In this document: positions 51,229 to 64,000 of the stretch, in pieces
How the letters are laid out: each line of letters starts with the position of its first letter
Numbering within the stretch: position 1 is the first letter of the stretch
NCBI GenBank assembly: GCA_012295275.1
Contig: CM022678.1
Coordinates: forward strand, 13,764,001 to 13,828,000
Direction: 5' to 3'
Length of the DNA: 64,000 nucleotides
From: Chrysomallon squamiferum
Taxonomy: Eukaryota > Animalia > Mollusca
Notes under the pieces: model-generated
What the model saw: only the letters and a program-made list of their open reading frames with translations
Database searches by the model: none
Told to the model about the DNA's origin: nothing
Made by a program: the position numbers and the translations under genes

Positions 51229-53267
51229 GATGAAAACTTTTTAATGAAAAGACGTTCAATTAATTTTTTTATATCGCAAATAATTAAATAACAAAAAAAT
51301 TACAAAATAAAAACACAAAGAAAACCAAATACATTTCACTACAGAAAAACAATTTTTAATAATTACATCTTGTATGTTATCTATTTTACTATTGGTACAT
51401 GCCCCAATAGAAATACAAACAAACAAACAAAAAAAATCAGAACATAAACAACTTTAAAACAAATTTGTAGAAATGTTGCAGAATACTCTTTTCCAAGAAT
51501 ATGTCTTTTAATATAATTCTTTCAATTAGTTTTAAATAATTGATGGCAAATTTACACATGAACAGCTGAATAAGCCTGACATTTGTAAAGTACTACATTC
51601 AGCATCCATTCTGAAATTAACCTGAGTTGTACATCATCTTCTCTTTCATGTATCTTGTGAATTCTTAGTAAAATGTGTTTACTAACAGTCATTTACATTC
51701 TTATTTTCTGTTTGGATCTAAGACAACACTTTATTTATCCATAAGATGTAACTTATTAATTATTGTTTTGTTGTTTGTCATTTAAAAATGGAGGTCATGT
51801 CAAATATGCATACAGTATTTTTGCTATTGTCATGTTTATTAGTAAACTCTGACATAGTGTAAATACAACATATTGCTTAAAAAAATGTTTATGGTACACA
51901 TTAATCTGAAATTTTGACTTCTGACTTTGAACTTGATCAAGTTAACTACAGGGTAGTCTTGTTTAAAATATACTAAACTGTGTTTCAGTAATGTTTGTAG
52001 ATAATAAGTGATGCATTTTCCATTATCAATAAAAAAAGTTTTTATTTCATTTGTTTTAAAAAAAATAATAAATATTATTAGGATACTGTAAACAATGTTA
52101 ATATGAAACATCCTTCTCAAAAGATAAATGCAGCAATTTGAACATGATATGAATTGACATATCAACTTTATTATTATTATTATTATACCCAGCTTTTGTG
52201 TTAATACAATATGTTCTGTAAATTAAGTCAATTGCTCTGCCTGTAGTAATAATAAGTTATTTATACTGTCAATTAAAGAACATAAATTTGATTGTCATCT
52301 TAGGCATTGTAAGTGTCACTTCAGTGAAATAAAAGTTTAGAATGAAAGGAATATTTTACATAATGATGCCACTAACACATGTGTACACACATAAATGCAT
52401 ATATGTATATACGTTTAGAATTGTTTAAAGAAAGGAAATGGGCTGGGTTTTTTTTTTATTATCAACAAGAAATTTGGGATCTCATTTTCCCATAATTTAT
52501 TACAGGAAGGCAATTTGCTAAATGTGTACAAAATATCTAGTTAGCCCAAGTTCAGGAATTACTTTTCATGCCCATTTTATTGATCTGATCTGACAGAAGA
52601 AAGGTATTTTTTATGTTCAATTACATAGTTACGTACATGCATATAAATTCTCTACTTTTTTTTTTATGCATGAGTGATTTATTAAATATTCTTAACTTTT
52701 CACCATCTTTGTTTTATTCAAGTTAAATTTAAAAAAATCTGAATTAACTAAAAAATTAAATTTCTGTTGGGATGTGTAGTTATTTAATAAGAATATTGTT
52801 CATTATCTAATTAATAATTTGTGTTGAACTGTTATATTGTAGATTTTGGTAATTTATCTTATTTTGTTCATACCCGATATTAATAATTATCTGGATCAAC
52901 AGATTGTTTTTGGTCCATTCTGGATATTGATAAGTAAATACTCTTAATGAATTTTTTCCCCTCTAAAATGCTGTTTACATATGGTGGTAAACAACACTGT
53001 ATGGGACAGATTGTTACTAAATGCAAAGGAAAAATAAAACAATTCAGACAGACAAGTAGCATTTTGCCAGACTGAAATGAACTACCATTGTTTTTTTTTT
53101 TTTTAAACTGTGTTATTCGAAAAACATTTTCCAGCTGTTATAAATTAAAAAGAGTGTTATGTAATTTTTTAATGAAGCGTTCGAATAAGAGCTATCGAGT
53201 AGCCTATATTTCTTTTAATGAAATAAAGAAAATACAGCTTCTGAGCTTGCTGTAGCTAGTTAAACTA

Positions 53268-53370
53268 CCGTATTTTTCGGACTGCAAAATTATACCTGTG
53301 AGTAACCCGCAACTTCTGTTTTACAGGACCACAGTTCACTTGTATCCACTATGCAGTCCCAAAAAACTTA
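53268..53370. mobile_element. Possible short Tc2/pogo-type MITE
   Basis: TA-ccgtatttttcggactgca at left and a degenerate inverted copy tgcagtcccaaaaaac about 85 bp downstream. Confidence 0.4.
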
Positions 53371-56300
53371 CTAGTTTTCAGTCATCAGTCTGGTTCAGTA
53401 CAACATAAGAGACATGTAGCAAGTGTTACTAAACTTAATATACATGTATGTATTTGCAAGTAATATATCTAAAAGTAAAATAACACATGTTTATGTGTGA
53501 CTTCAAAATTATTTGCGAAGGTATTTATTTCTTGGTTCTCACAATTTGAATTTATGTCAGAAAGAGAAAAAGCAAAACGCCACATGTTCGACTGGCAGAT
53601 TTCAAAAACCGCGCATTTGTACAGTTGATTGTTCCCATACATCTGCCAGAAAACAATGAACGTGCTAATCACAACGAGCTGTGGTGATGCATTTCTGCGA
53701 CAGGTTCGCTCTCAGAGAAAGCAATGTTAAAATCGTATTTTTCATCAACACAAATGTGACAAAACTACCGATGCTGACGACGCATGCGCAATTTTGTGGA
53801 TATGGGGAAATGTCACTAAGTAATTTTATAATGATGGTCATTTATGTGAAGAACAGTGAAATTCATCGATTGCATTAATTCACCTTCAAACATAATTAAA
53901 CAGTCTTAAAAAGAAAGAAAAATAGTGGATTGTATTCCCTAAAACACACACACCAAAAAAAAAAAAAAAAAAAAAAAACACACAAAAAAATAAAAATAAA
54001 AACTAAAAAAAAAAAACTAGATAACTCAGCCTTTTGTGGCCTGGTGAATATCCTGTTAAAAGGATTAGATAAATATTTATTTGAAACACATTTTATTTCA
54101 AAGTTAACAAAAACAGTTTATAATTTATAAAATGTCAGAAACTGTGTATTATTAAAACTGCTTATTACTGTTATATTTGTTTGGGATATATTTTAATACT
54201 GTATCTTTATATAAATGCTGAATGCATATTTGCGTTACCACAGCTATATAAGATGACAAAGGTATTAACTAAGGGTAAACACAATCGTATTGATTTATGC
54301 TATTTAATGGCCAGACTTGTAGCTCGCCTGAAAAATGTATCAAGTTTTTGGACTCCTTATTGGAGTTAAATAATCAGTGTTAAAAGTAAGAAATAAAAAT
54401 GATAAATTAATGGCAGTGAGTGTATAGTCACAGTCTTTTATTTTTATTTTATTTATTTATTTACTTACTATTAGTATTATTTTATTATTATATTATTAAT
54501 TTATTTAAATTAGTTTTTATTCTATTTAAATTCAGTAAACAACAACTGTGGTAAATTATGCTGACACTATGATATCGTTTTAAACCTACGATTTAAGTAC
54601 CGAATTTCAGTTAATTATTTTTCTAAATAATAATGAATTCTAAAAATGGCTATATCTTGTCAAGATTCTCATAGGGTTTATTTCTACTTCAAAAACGTCA
54701 TTGCGTACAGTAAAAATACATAGTCATTTCGTCTTCAAGCATGCAATATCTTTCTTATTTTCTTTTTTTTTTAAATAATTTTTCAAAAATTATAATTATT
54801 ATTATTATTTTTTTTTTTTATTACTACCACAGCGGCCACCACTTCTGCTGTTACTACTACTACCACTACTGATCAGATAATTAATATTATAATATTATTA
54901 CATCTTGCCTCTGTATGGAAACGCCGCCTTGACATATTAACAGGTTACTGATGATATAACCTGCATAGGACGATGGAAACTTCAGACAATGTACAGCTGA
55001 ATACTTTTATGTTGAAATACATTAATTTAATGTTACTCATTTCATCCACAATTAACATTATAATTTAACACGTCTGTAGTATCGATTTAAAAAAGTATTT
55101 GCTACATCCATTTAATTAGTCAGTTAGTAGTAAATCACTATAGTTTTGTCAGTTCATTATCATCTTTTCTCAGTTCATTATTTTTCTGAATACTAACTGA
55201 TTCAACGCTGCCTGTTATGGGCGGGTGCCAGTATTAGCCGCGTTTGTAGCGTGGGTAGATTCAGTTAAAATCATAATTTATATAATATATAGAATTGTTA
55301 ACGAGCCCTTCATCCTTCATGATATTTCTTCTCATTGTTAATTATTTCTTATTTGTATTTACGAAAATTAATGAACGCATTAGTGTTTTAAATAAGAATA
55401 TAGAGATAAAGACAGTGTAACAATAGTAAAAAATTAACTGTTCTCATATATAAGGACAAATAGCAGTTCATTTAGATCTCTCAGTAACGAATTAATAATG
55501 ATGATGAAGACAGCTGAAACATTAGAAATATGAATATACAGATTTTTCTTTTTATTGGATTTTTACCGAACAATAAGTATTTTTTTCAAAATTATATTTT
55601 TGGGAACTTAAAAATGAATAAGACTGATGCAAGTTGGTGCAAGTGTTTGAAAGTATATTTTATTTATTTAATAAATATAATATTTTCTCTTTGTCGAAGA
55701 CTTTTTAAAAAAATTTGCCGTTTTTATTTGTTGTTATTTTGTTTGTTTCTATTATTAATGTATAACTGAAAAAAATATTTACATCTTTAAATTATATTTA
55801 TGCTGTGAGAAGTTATGCTATCAAGCGTCAAACTGAAAATATCTTTACGATATGCTGTATAATATTTCTAATTTCATTTTTTTGTTCTTCTCCGGAACAT
55901 GCAAATCATTTCTCTTCATTTATCTGCTAGACTGCTCTTAGCCGATTTTCTCCATGAACAGGGTAGTTTTGATGAATCGATCATTAAAAATTATTCACTT
56001 TATCTTAATCAGCACTACATTTTCATTTTATTAGAGACAGCCCATTAGCGAGAGGAAACGGCTCTCCAACACTGTGTTAGAGTACAGACATTAGTTATTA
56101 ATAATCCCACAACAACAGAATAGAGAAAGGGATGGGAAAAGACAAAAAAAAGAAAGAAAAGAAAAGAGAAGTTCTGTCGTCTGGAATATTCACATGTTCG
56201 TCTGTTTCAACGTAATTAAAGTGTGTTCACGTTTGGTGATCAGTTTGGCTGACGAAGTGTTATAATGTTATCTGAAACTATCTGTCCTTCTATGTTACTT

Positions 56301-56461
56301 GGAAATAATTTTATTTCTTCAGTTTAATGAAGTGCAGGCATTAAAAATGAAAAGACGTTATAAATGTCATAATTCAATTTAATCACTCGCTCCAAGTTGT
56401 TGCAACTTACCTCTTTGTACCAACTTTCCTTGACGCTAAAAACAATATTCTTTAGAAATGA

Positions 56462-56562
56462 ATATAAAGTGTTCATGCTATATCTAATAAATGATTATAA
56501 CGTGTTCATGCTCTATATAATAAATGATTATAAAGTGTTTACATCTAATAAATGATTATAAA
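56462..56562. repeat. ~35-bp tandem repeat, 3 copies (taaagtgttcatgctatatctaataaatgatta)
   Basis: Directly visible. Confidence 0.75.
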
Positions 56563-56793
56563 TTAAATGATGCGTCTTCTCACGCATGCCATACATTTCT
56601 CCAAAGTTGTTTATAGACACAATTTAAAGCTTGCATTTATGAGAAAACAATAAATGTAAATTAGTTAATATATTTTCTTTCCTAACACATTTCAGACTAG
56701 GCGAAGAAGATATTAAGTAAAAAGTATGCTTAATTAGAACAATCACGACTTATTGATGATCATGAAATAACATTTTTAATGACTAGGGTCTAC

Positions 56794-56841
<48 letters not shown>

Positions 56842-58162
56842 AAAATAATCTATCAAGCGTTATAAATTAGAAAAAAACGAGACAAACGTCTGCACGTATT
56901 ACTTTTAATAACATTTTCAAATAATCATTAATACTATAGTTACAAAGCAAACATATTGATCAGTATGAACATTGATGTTCATTTAGTTTTATTTCATTTT
57001 TGTTACATGTTAATAAACTGTGCTTTAAATTTATTGCTCCATAAACATAAATAGAATTTTTTTATTTTAATTTCTTAAATACTCAGCATTCCCTTACCTA
57101 AAGATTACGCAAATAAACAATAAAAGAAAACAAATAATAATGAGAGAGAGATAGAGAGAGAGAGAGAGAGTAGATATATCTATGAATAAGTTTTAATTTC
57201 TAATCATTTTTATATTATAAGCGACAGAGCTACATTGATAAGAACTGAAAGAGAAGAAGAAGAAAATAGATTTACATAATATCTTCCAAAATTATTTGTA
57301 GAATTTTTAATGGAATCTTTGCCGCTTTGTGTTTAACTCTCAGCTTTCTCAGAATATCTGTGAATGTAATCATAACAAAAACAAAAGCAGTTATAATTAA
57401 TTTGACGCTGAAAGAAATATATATCCTGAAGAAAACAATCTGCACTCGTGACAGTGATCACAGACGTTACTGTGTGACCGACCAAGAGAAAGTTAATCAT
57501 TTGAAATGAAAGTAGTGTCACAAAATAATCTTACTTTTTTTGTAACTGATTTTTGAATACTTGATGAACATTTCCTAGTTTATTGTTTATTTTAATATAT
57601 GTTTTGTGTTTTTGATATGTGCATTGAAAAATGCATACACGTGATATACTGCAATTTTCTCTGACTGCCTCATATACGCGCTGAAACAATAAATAAAATA
57701 TATTCTCACAACGATACATTTAAAAAGAAAAAATAGTTCAAAGATATCAATCAAAATGATCTGTTGTAAAATCTCATACAACAACTTTTACTAATGCGAA
57801 CTTGTTGGGTGCAGATAACAATCTAAATATTTCTTCTGAATTTCCAAACCAAATCACTCAAACATAACAATACAACAAGGTTAGTCAATAAACTAGCAAC
57901 AAGTGTGTACGTAACTGAAGAAATAAATAGCTGAAGGTAATAACAAAACTAAGTAACAAATTATTTTAATTAAATCTCAAGGTAAGAAGTGCAATTATTA
58001 TTATTACAGGTTGTAAACATTACAATAATCATGAATGCTAATTAAATCCGAGATGAACTGTGCCAGAAATAAATACTAATTATAATTTAGTAATTGCAAC
58101 TGAAGGCATTTTTCTTCGTTTTGTACGCGTGGAATATTGTGAAATTGTATGGGGAAAAAACT

Positions 58163-58246
<84 letters not shown>

Positions 58247-58454
58247 CTCTCTCTCTCAATATATATATTATTATTTATTTATTTACTTATTTATTTGATT
58301 ATTATTCACGCAATCTATTTTTCAAGAATTTTTGAAATCCATTTCTCGATCCAAAGAATTATTAGTTAGCATTTGTATATTCTTTGTATACGCAGTCTAA
58401 ACACTGATGTGAAAAGGATGAAGACATTAACTTGTTAAAAATTGTAATCATTAA

Positions 58455-59300
58455 TTATCGTTTTTTTTGACTGCCGATTCTGGGGATAGTTTCTGCAGGA
58501 ATATAATCGAAGTAGTCCGCCAAATGAAATTCCTGTGCATCATTTGCGCATGTCTGAAAACGTAGGCCAGGGTCGGCGCCAAAGGGAAAAATGTAAATTA
58601 GATGTAGATTGCACATTTCATCCCGAGACGTCGCCCTGAAATAGTTACAAATATATGTATTAAATTAATAATAATAATAATTTTTTTATTAATGAAAACA
58701 AATTTTTATTTTATTTCTAAACACCAAATTAATAAACTGTAATTAATGAATCACTTCAAGTAATGATTATTGTTTATTTATAAAAATCCAACAACAATGG
58801 TTTAAATGAATATAAAGCAATAGTTCGAGTGTATGTTACAATTAATTGCATAGACACGTTCACCTTTGATAAAATAATAATATACAAAGATAGTCCATAA
58901 CTCCTGATTTCTTGAAACGTACCCAAAATATACACGGGAGGGTTCATTGTTGTGATAGAAACAACGTGATGTCTGCAAAAATAAAAACAACAAATAAACC
59001 AACAAACTAAATAAATAAATCAAAACAAATATATAAATATGTCTGAACTGAACTGAACCGAAAACAAAGTGCTAATCAGCCAAGTTGTTGTCAATAACTG
59101 TCTGTCTGTCTGTCTGTCTCTTTGTAGTGCGGTCTTAAGACAGATGTCCTGGGACCAAAAGTGTTTAGAGGTCCATGCAGTCCATGTAAATTGATGCTTG
59201 GTGTGAATAATATTTCTTGTTTGTGAATATACTGGCCTCAGTGCATTTGTTTGCCGGGTTCTATAATGCTGTGAAGACGGTCCTTTGTGTGTGTTGTGGC

Positions 59301-59381
<81 letters not shown>

Positions 59382-62314
59382 ATGGTGAAACTCCTTGTTA
59401 AAATATTGAATAACAAACTCTTACTGATATTTAGAAAAAACTGTTTCGGGGACAAAAACACTGAAAACATTAACAATAACACTTCCTACAGTATTTATTG
59501 ATTAATGAAGTCATTTTCAGAAAATCTCTTTTGTTTCATTGCTGATGAAATTAAATGAAATTAATCAGATATATAAAAATCAGTTCATTAATTAATAAGT
59601 ACTGTCTCTCAAAATAAATATCAGTATCTGTGTCTGTGTTTGTATATCTGGGTCTGTATATATGTGTATATAGGGACATAGTGGAAACATAGAACCGAGT
59701 CCGAAAAAGCTATAGAAAGAAATACCCAGTGGAAAGAAATAGATAGACAGACAAATAGACAAATGTTTAGATAGACAGAAAGACAGATAGTAAAAGATAG
59801 ATAGACAGGCTGAGAGAGAGACACTGGAAACAGAGACAGAAAGAGAAGACAGTTTCAAACAAAGCTACACTTACAAGAACGTCACCATCATGTAGTAATA
59901 CAACACGTCTTGTGGGAATCAAATCCTGGAAGTAAAATGTAAATATCGGTTTATATATATAATTTAAAAATAACCTAGTAATTATATTACACACACGCAC
60001 ACACACACATACACACACACACACAATTATTTGGATGTAATATGTGTGTATAGGGTGGATGGGGGGTGTGTTAAGTGGAAAATGGTATCCAAATAACTGT
60101 AATATATTAAATTTTACTTCTGGATCTTGAGGGTTCCTTGCAGCTATACGTTTCCAGTTTCCATCACGAAATCTGTAACCACTGACCCAGAACCCTAAAT
60201 AGAAATATATATATAACAATATTACCTCAGTGCTGTTACGGAACACCTCTTAGGTTTTCTACCGGTGATTCTAATAGATTACAAATGTTCGAAATAACAT
60301 TGTTACCAATGACTCAATAAAAGAATATGAGACTCTATAGAAAAATAATACTTCGTCCAAACAGACGATCGTAACTGGTCATTTACACGTTTCATTATAG
60401 TTAAAAAATGAATATCTAATTCGACGTAGCTATGAGTAACTTACTCAGAGTTATACAGCTAACTGAAGACAACGTTAATTTAAATAATGTGCTTTTCAAG
60501 AATTGAAGTAAGATTTTAATTTAAAATAATTTGAAAAAATACAGGCATTATGAATAAAATTTTAAATCTGTTAGAATCATGGTCTTACCAAGACTGTGGG
60601 TATGAGTTCTGTATCCAATCAGAAGAGCCGTCTTAGAACTTCCCCACAGACACCCGCTTTCAGAAACAAAATCTGCAATGAAAATAACAATGAAATTTAT
60701 TTTTTATTAGCACAAGATATTTTTCTCATAAATTTAAACTAAGAGAAGAAATTGGATGGGCAACAATTTCATTTGTACAGCTATATAAGTACGGCTATTG
60801 ATGCTACTACAATAGCTATTGCTACTATAATACTGTTACTATTACTTTTACTACTAGTGCTATGCTATTATTATTATTACTTCATATAACAATACTATTA
60901 ATAATAAAATAAAATAAAATAACAAAAGATAAAAAGAACAAGAATTCCTCTAAATTCTTCTTGATTATTTTCCCAACTATAACAAAAATAAGAAAACCCA
61001 ATAAAACGGAAGGAAAAATAGAAAAAAAGGCAAGAAAGGAAAAAAAGGAAATATTATTCTCAGATTTTCATTAATGGCACGTTTGTCGTGCTTTGTTCTG
61101 AAAGTTGTCTATAAGGGAAGCCACAAGTGAGAAAGTTTACATTTCTGAAACGTCTCTTGCTTCATACGTGTTACTTTGTAATTGGTCACAAGTTTATTTA
61201 CGTCAAACGTTCTTTAATTCGTTGTCGACAGTCAGCCGATCTCGGAAATAGTTACAATTGACACATGACTAACATTTACTTAGAAGTGTTATCGCATTAA
61301 AAGCTAGAAGTAAATGTCATGAACGTAGCAATTTCAGAAACAGAACGGAGGTTAAGAATAATTAAATTAAGAATATTTATCAAGGAAAAAGATGACGAAG
61401 AAGAAAAAGAATAAGCAGAAAAAAGCACCAACCCACCAACAAACAAACAAAAAAAAAAATAAAATAAAATAAAATAATCAAATACTGATGAAAGAAACAA
61501 TAAGAAACAGGTAAAAGTATAAGAAAGGATAAAGGAAAATGAGAAGCATTCATTCATCCAATAAACAGTAACATATAGCATTATTTATATTATAATGACG
61601 TTCCAAAGAAATTATTGTTTTAATTTTTTAAAGTAGTCTATGGAAGAAATATCATATTTGAACCAATTTCTAAAGACAGAAGGAGAGAGAAACAAAAATA
61701 AAGAGAGAGAAAATAATGATAAATATGTAAATAAATAAAATTAAGATTAGAATCAAAAACTTAATAAATGTACTGAATAACATCTTACTGCTACTAAGTT
61801 ACTATTGTACTACAATTACAACGACTATGTTACTATTATTATTCCTCTAAATTCTTCTAGATTATTTTTCCAATCAAAAAAAAAAAAAAAAGAAAAAAAA
61901 GAAAGAAAAAATGCTGGTAAACAGAAGGAAAAACAGGATATTGAAATTAATAGAAAAAGAAGCAGAAGAAGCAAATATGATACTTAAACAGATAAAAAGA
62001 GATAAATATATGATAAATAAATAAATAAATAAATAAAATTAAGATTAGAATAAAGAAATGAACAAATGTAATGATTAACCTCTTGGTATTACACAGCTAC
62101 TAAATTACTACAAATACTACATTAAAAGCATACTTAATATAATTTATGTTCTAAAACACACAAAACTTTAATTAACTTAAAACAGGTAAATTTGAGTGAA
62201 AACTCGATGCGACTTATATCTGATTCAAGAAAAAAGAAATCTGACTTACGATTTGTCATTGCTGGAATGTATCCAGTATTTCCAAGCACCATTAAACCCA
62301 CTTCATACGTAGGC
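58455..62314 (-). CDS. Peptidylglycine alpha-hydroxylating monooxygenase (PHM)-like, monofunctional, 3' half. Exons 62314-62250, 60672-60589, 60194-60118, 59925-59875, 58972-58923, 58635-58455; 5' exons not found in window
   Basis: Spliced translation PTYEVGLMVLGNTGYIPAMTNHFVSESGC...IGYRTHTHSLGFWVSGYRFRDGNWKRIAARNPQDPEDLIPTRRVVLLHDGDVLTSRCFY...FGATSRDEMCNLHLIY...QKKR*. CuM ligand motifs HTH and EMC are present and all phases are consistent. Confidence 0.88.
59276..59380. repeat. Dispersed repeat end with a (TG)n(AG)n tail; unique-looking body may extend left to ~59120
   Basis: Shares ~30 nt identity and the tail structure with 19894-19973. Confidence 0.65.
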
Positions 62315-62549
62315 CTAAAAAATCAAAATGACAATAGGAAAGTGTACCTCTAACGCTATATATATTCAGATTTGCTTTCCTTGATATTCCTCTCTTATCT
62401 ACTATGTTCATGTTTACACACATAGACACAGCGGCTATATTTGTGGTGAGCCATACGTAATTTTACTGATTTTTAAACGCTTGATTTATTCACTGGTTGT
62501 TGATCTGGCTTATAAAAACTACATCAATGGAAAATCTGAAACCTTATCT

Positions 62550-63430
62550 TTGGGTTTATTGCACGAATATTATCTCGTATTATAAACAAAAATATTTAAT
62601 CTCAATCAGAAGTGCCTTGGACTAACCGCCATCTCGTTATGAATTTACGATCGTGAAAATGGTAGAAAGTGGTAGAAAACCTTGATGAAAATCTTGACTA
62701 TTTCCGAGCAAAGATCCCTTTTAGAAGATATATTCGGAAACAGAAATATTTCATCTTTTAAAGAACAGTAGAACTGAAGCAGTTGTGCGACCACCCGCAA
62801 TACCCGAGAGACGTGACCAGATCGTGTTTTCTGTACAACAGCTTATTAAGTAATTGTCACTGAAGTCGAATCACTCTCGAGTCAGAAAGCTCTGACAAAG
62901 CCGAATCTCCACAACAGTCTCCTTTAATCTGTTTGATAATTTTTTGTTTATTTATTTCTGATGCCCGAAAAAGCGAAAAATCTACGGTCAGTCTCTCAAA
63001 TGTTGCTGTGATCTAAAAATATTGTTTATTCAATAGTATATTACTTTTTATTTTGTTTTTCTGCTGTTGTAGCAATGCCTTGGAAATAGTATTGGAAATG
63101 TCGATGAAATATGTGTGTTTATTTAATGTTAGTGGGAAAAATAAAGCGTGTTATGTTTGAAATTTGGTTCATAAATTCCACTCCTGCATTCAAACAGGTT
63201 CTCAAAGATATTTTCAAAAGTCACTTCTTAAATCTTATCCAAATGAAATACAGCTTGTGTTCCATTTACATTCACATCACAACATTTTTAACTTTTCAAA
63301 GTAATATTATTAGCTTGTAATTCACTATACAATCCGTTTCTGTAAATGTGTTCCTAATATACTCTCATTGTAAAGTGCTTGGAGCCCCGTTGATGAGGTA
63401 AAGGTACTCAACAAATCATCTTTATTATTG
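62550..63430 (+). mobile_element. Probable highly degraded L2/CR1-group LINE 3' remnant
   Basis: The 3' end ttgtaaagtgcttggag...aaaggtactcaacaaat...tattatt resembles L2 tails. RRDQIVFSVQQL near 62810 faintly resembles the L2 ORF2 C-terminus. Confidence 0.35.
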
Positions 63431-63876
63431 TTATATAGCTTTACTAGCACTACGACTGTAACTCAAAGCTGAAGAAAACTGCAGCTTGTTAAAAGAAAAA
63501 GATGAACCACCTGAATATTAACATTTCAGATTTTCTTATTTATCCCTTGTAAACGTTTTTCTTTTATCAAAATCTTTTTATTCTGATTAATTTTATATAA
63601 AAACTGTGTGTAGTACAAATTGAAGTGAAGTTATGAATTTTCAAATATTTTCTTTTCTTTTTATATAGCGCAAATGAATGATTGTACCAACTTTGGTTTC
63701 ATATATCTATGTAAATATACTTTGCAGAGTTATGAAAAAGATAGAATGCAAAATATAGGATAAAATATTATGAAATAAGCTTTGACAGACATTCTCGCTT
63801 CAGAATAGCCCCTAAATAAATAAATTAATATATATATATATATACATACATACATACATACATTCATACGTACATA

Positions 63877-64000
63877 CATTGGTTTCTTGACTTACGAGTT
63901 TAATTCATTCCGTGACCGAGCTCGTATCTCAATTTGCTCGTATATAAATCAATTTCCCAACTGAAATTAACTGAAATACCGTTAATCCGTTCCAGCCTCC
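63877..64000 (+). mobile_element. Tigger/pogo-type element left end, running off the window
   Basis: TA|cattggtttcttgacttacgagtttaattcattccgtgaccgagctcgta..., similar to the left end at 46237 and inserted in a (TACA)n tract. Confidence 0.65.

Noticed and set aside
51300-58400. Hidden gene in the gap between PSMF1 and the PHM-like gene
   Set aside because: Only low-complexity ORFs, and I found no phase-consistent exon chain. CpG-richer patches (~53.55-53.8 kb, ~55.2 kb) may be TE remnants or regulatory DNA but cannot be supported.
1-64000. tRNA, rRNA, U12-type introns, SECIS, prokaryotic operons or defence systems
   Set aside because: None recognised by eye. All modelled introns are ordinary GT-AG. 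tRNAscan-SE and cmscan would be needed to exclude RNA genes formally.

Overview
AT-rich, microsatellite-rich, intron-containing animal genomic DNA. A mollusc or other lophotrochozoan origin is a guess from composition and gene content. Exons spliced by hand with phase-consistent GT-AG sites give, left to right: FBXO16-like (+, 5' end outside window); SDR16C/RDH10-like dehydrogenase (-) head-to-head with RPL7 (+); a 7-TM protein resembling the GRL/PHTF/DUF3537 (7TMIC) superfamily (-) head-to-head with ADHFE1 (+); a truncated pseudogene and an intact intronless ~628-aa secreted protein with a CBM-like N-terminus (+); TRMT11 (-) head-to-head with PSMF1/PI31 (+); and the 3' half of a divergent monofunctional PHM-type copper monooxygenase (-). 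The RPL7 introns hold a snoRNA cluster that the ORF track cannot show: three copies of a C/D guide with a bipartite LSU rRNA antisense, two SNORD59/snR54-like guides and a candidate H/ACA RNA, five of these six in one intron. Tigger/pogo remnants, MITEs, a probable L2 remnant and minisatellites occur in introns. Family assignments are from recalled motifs; no database search was run.
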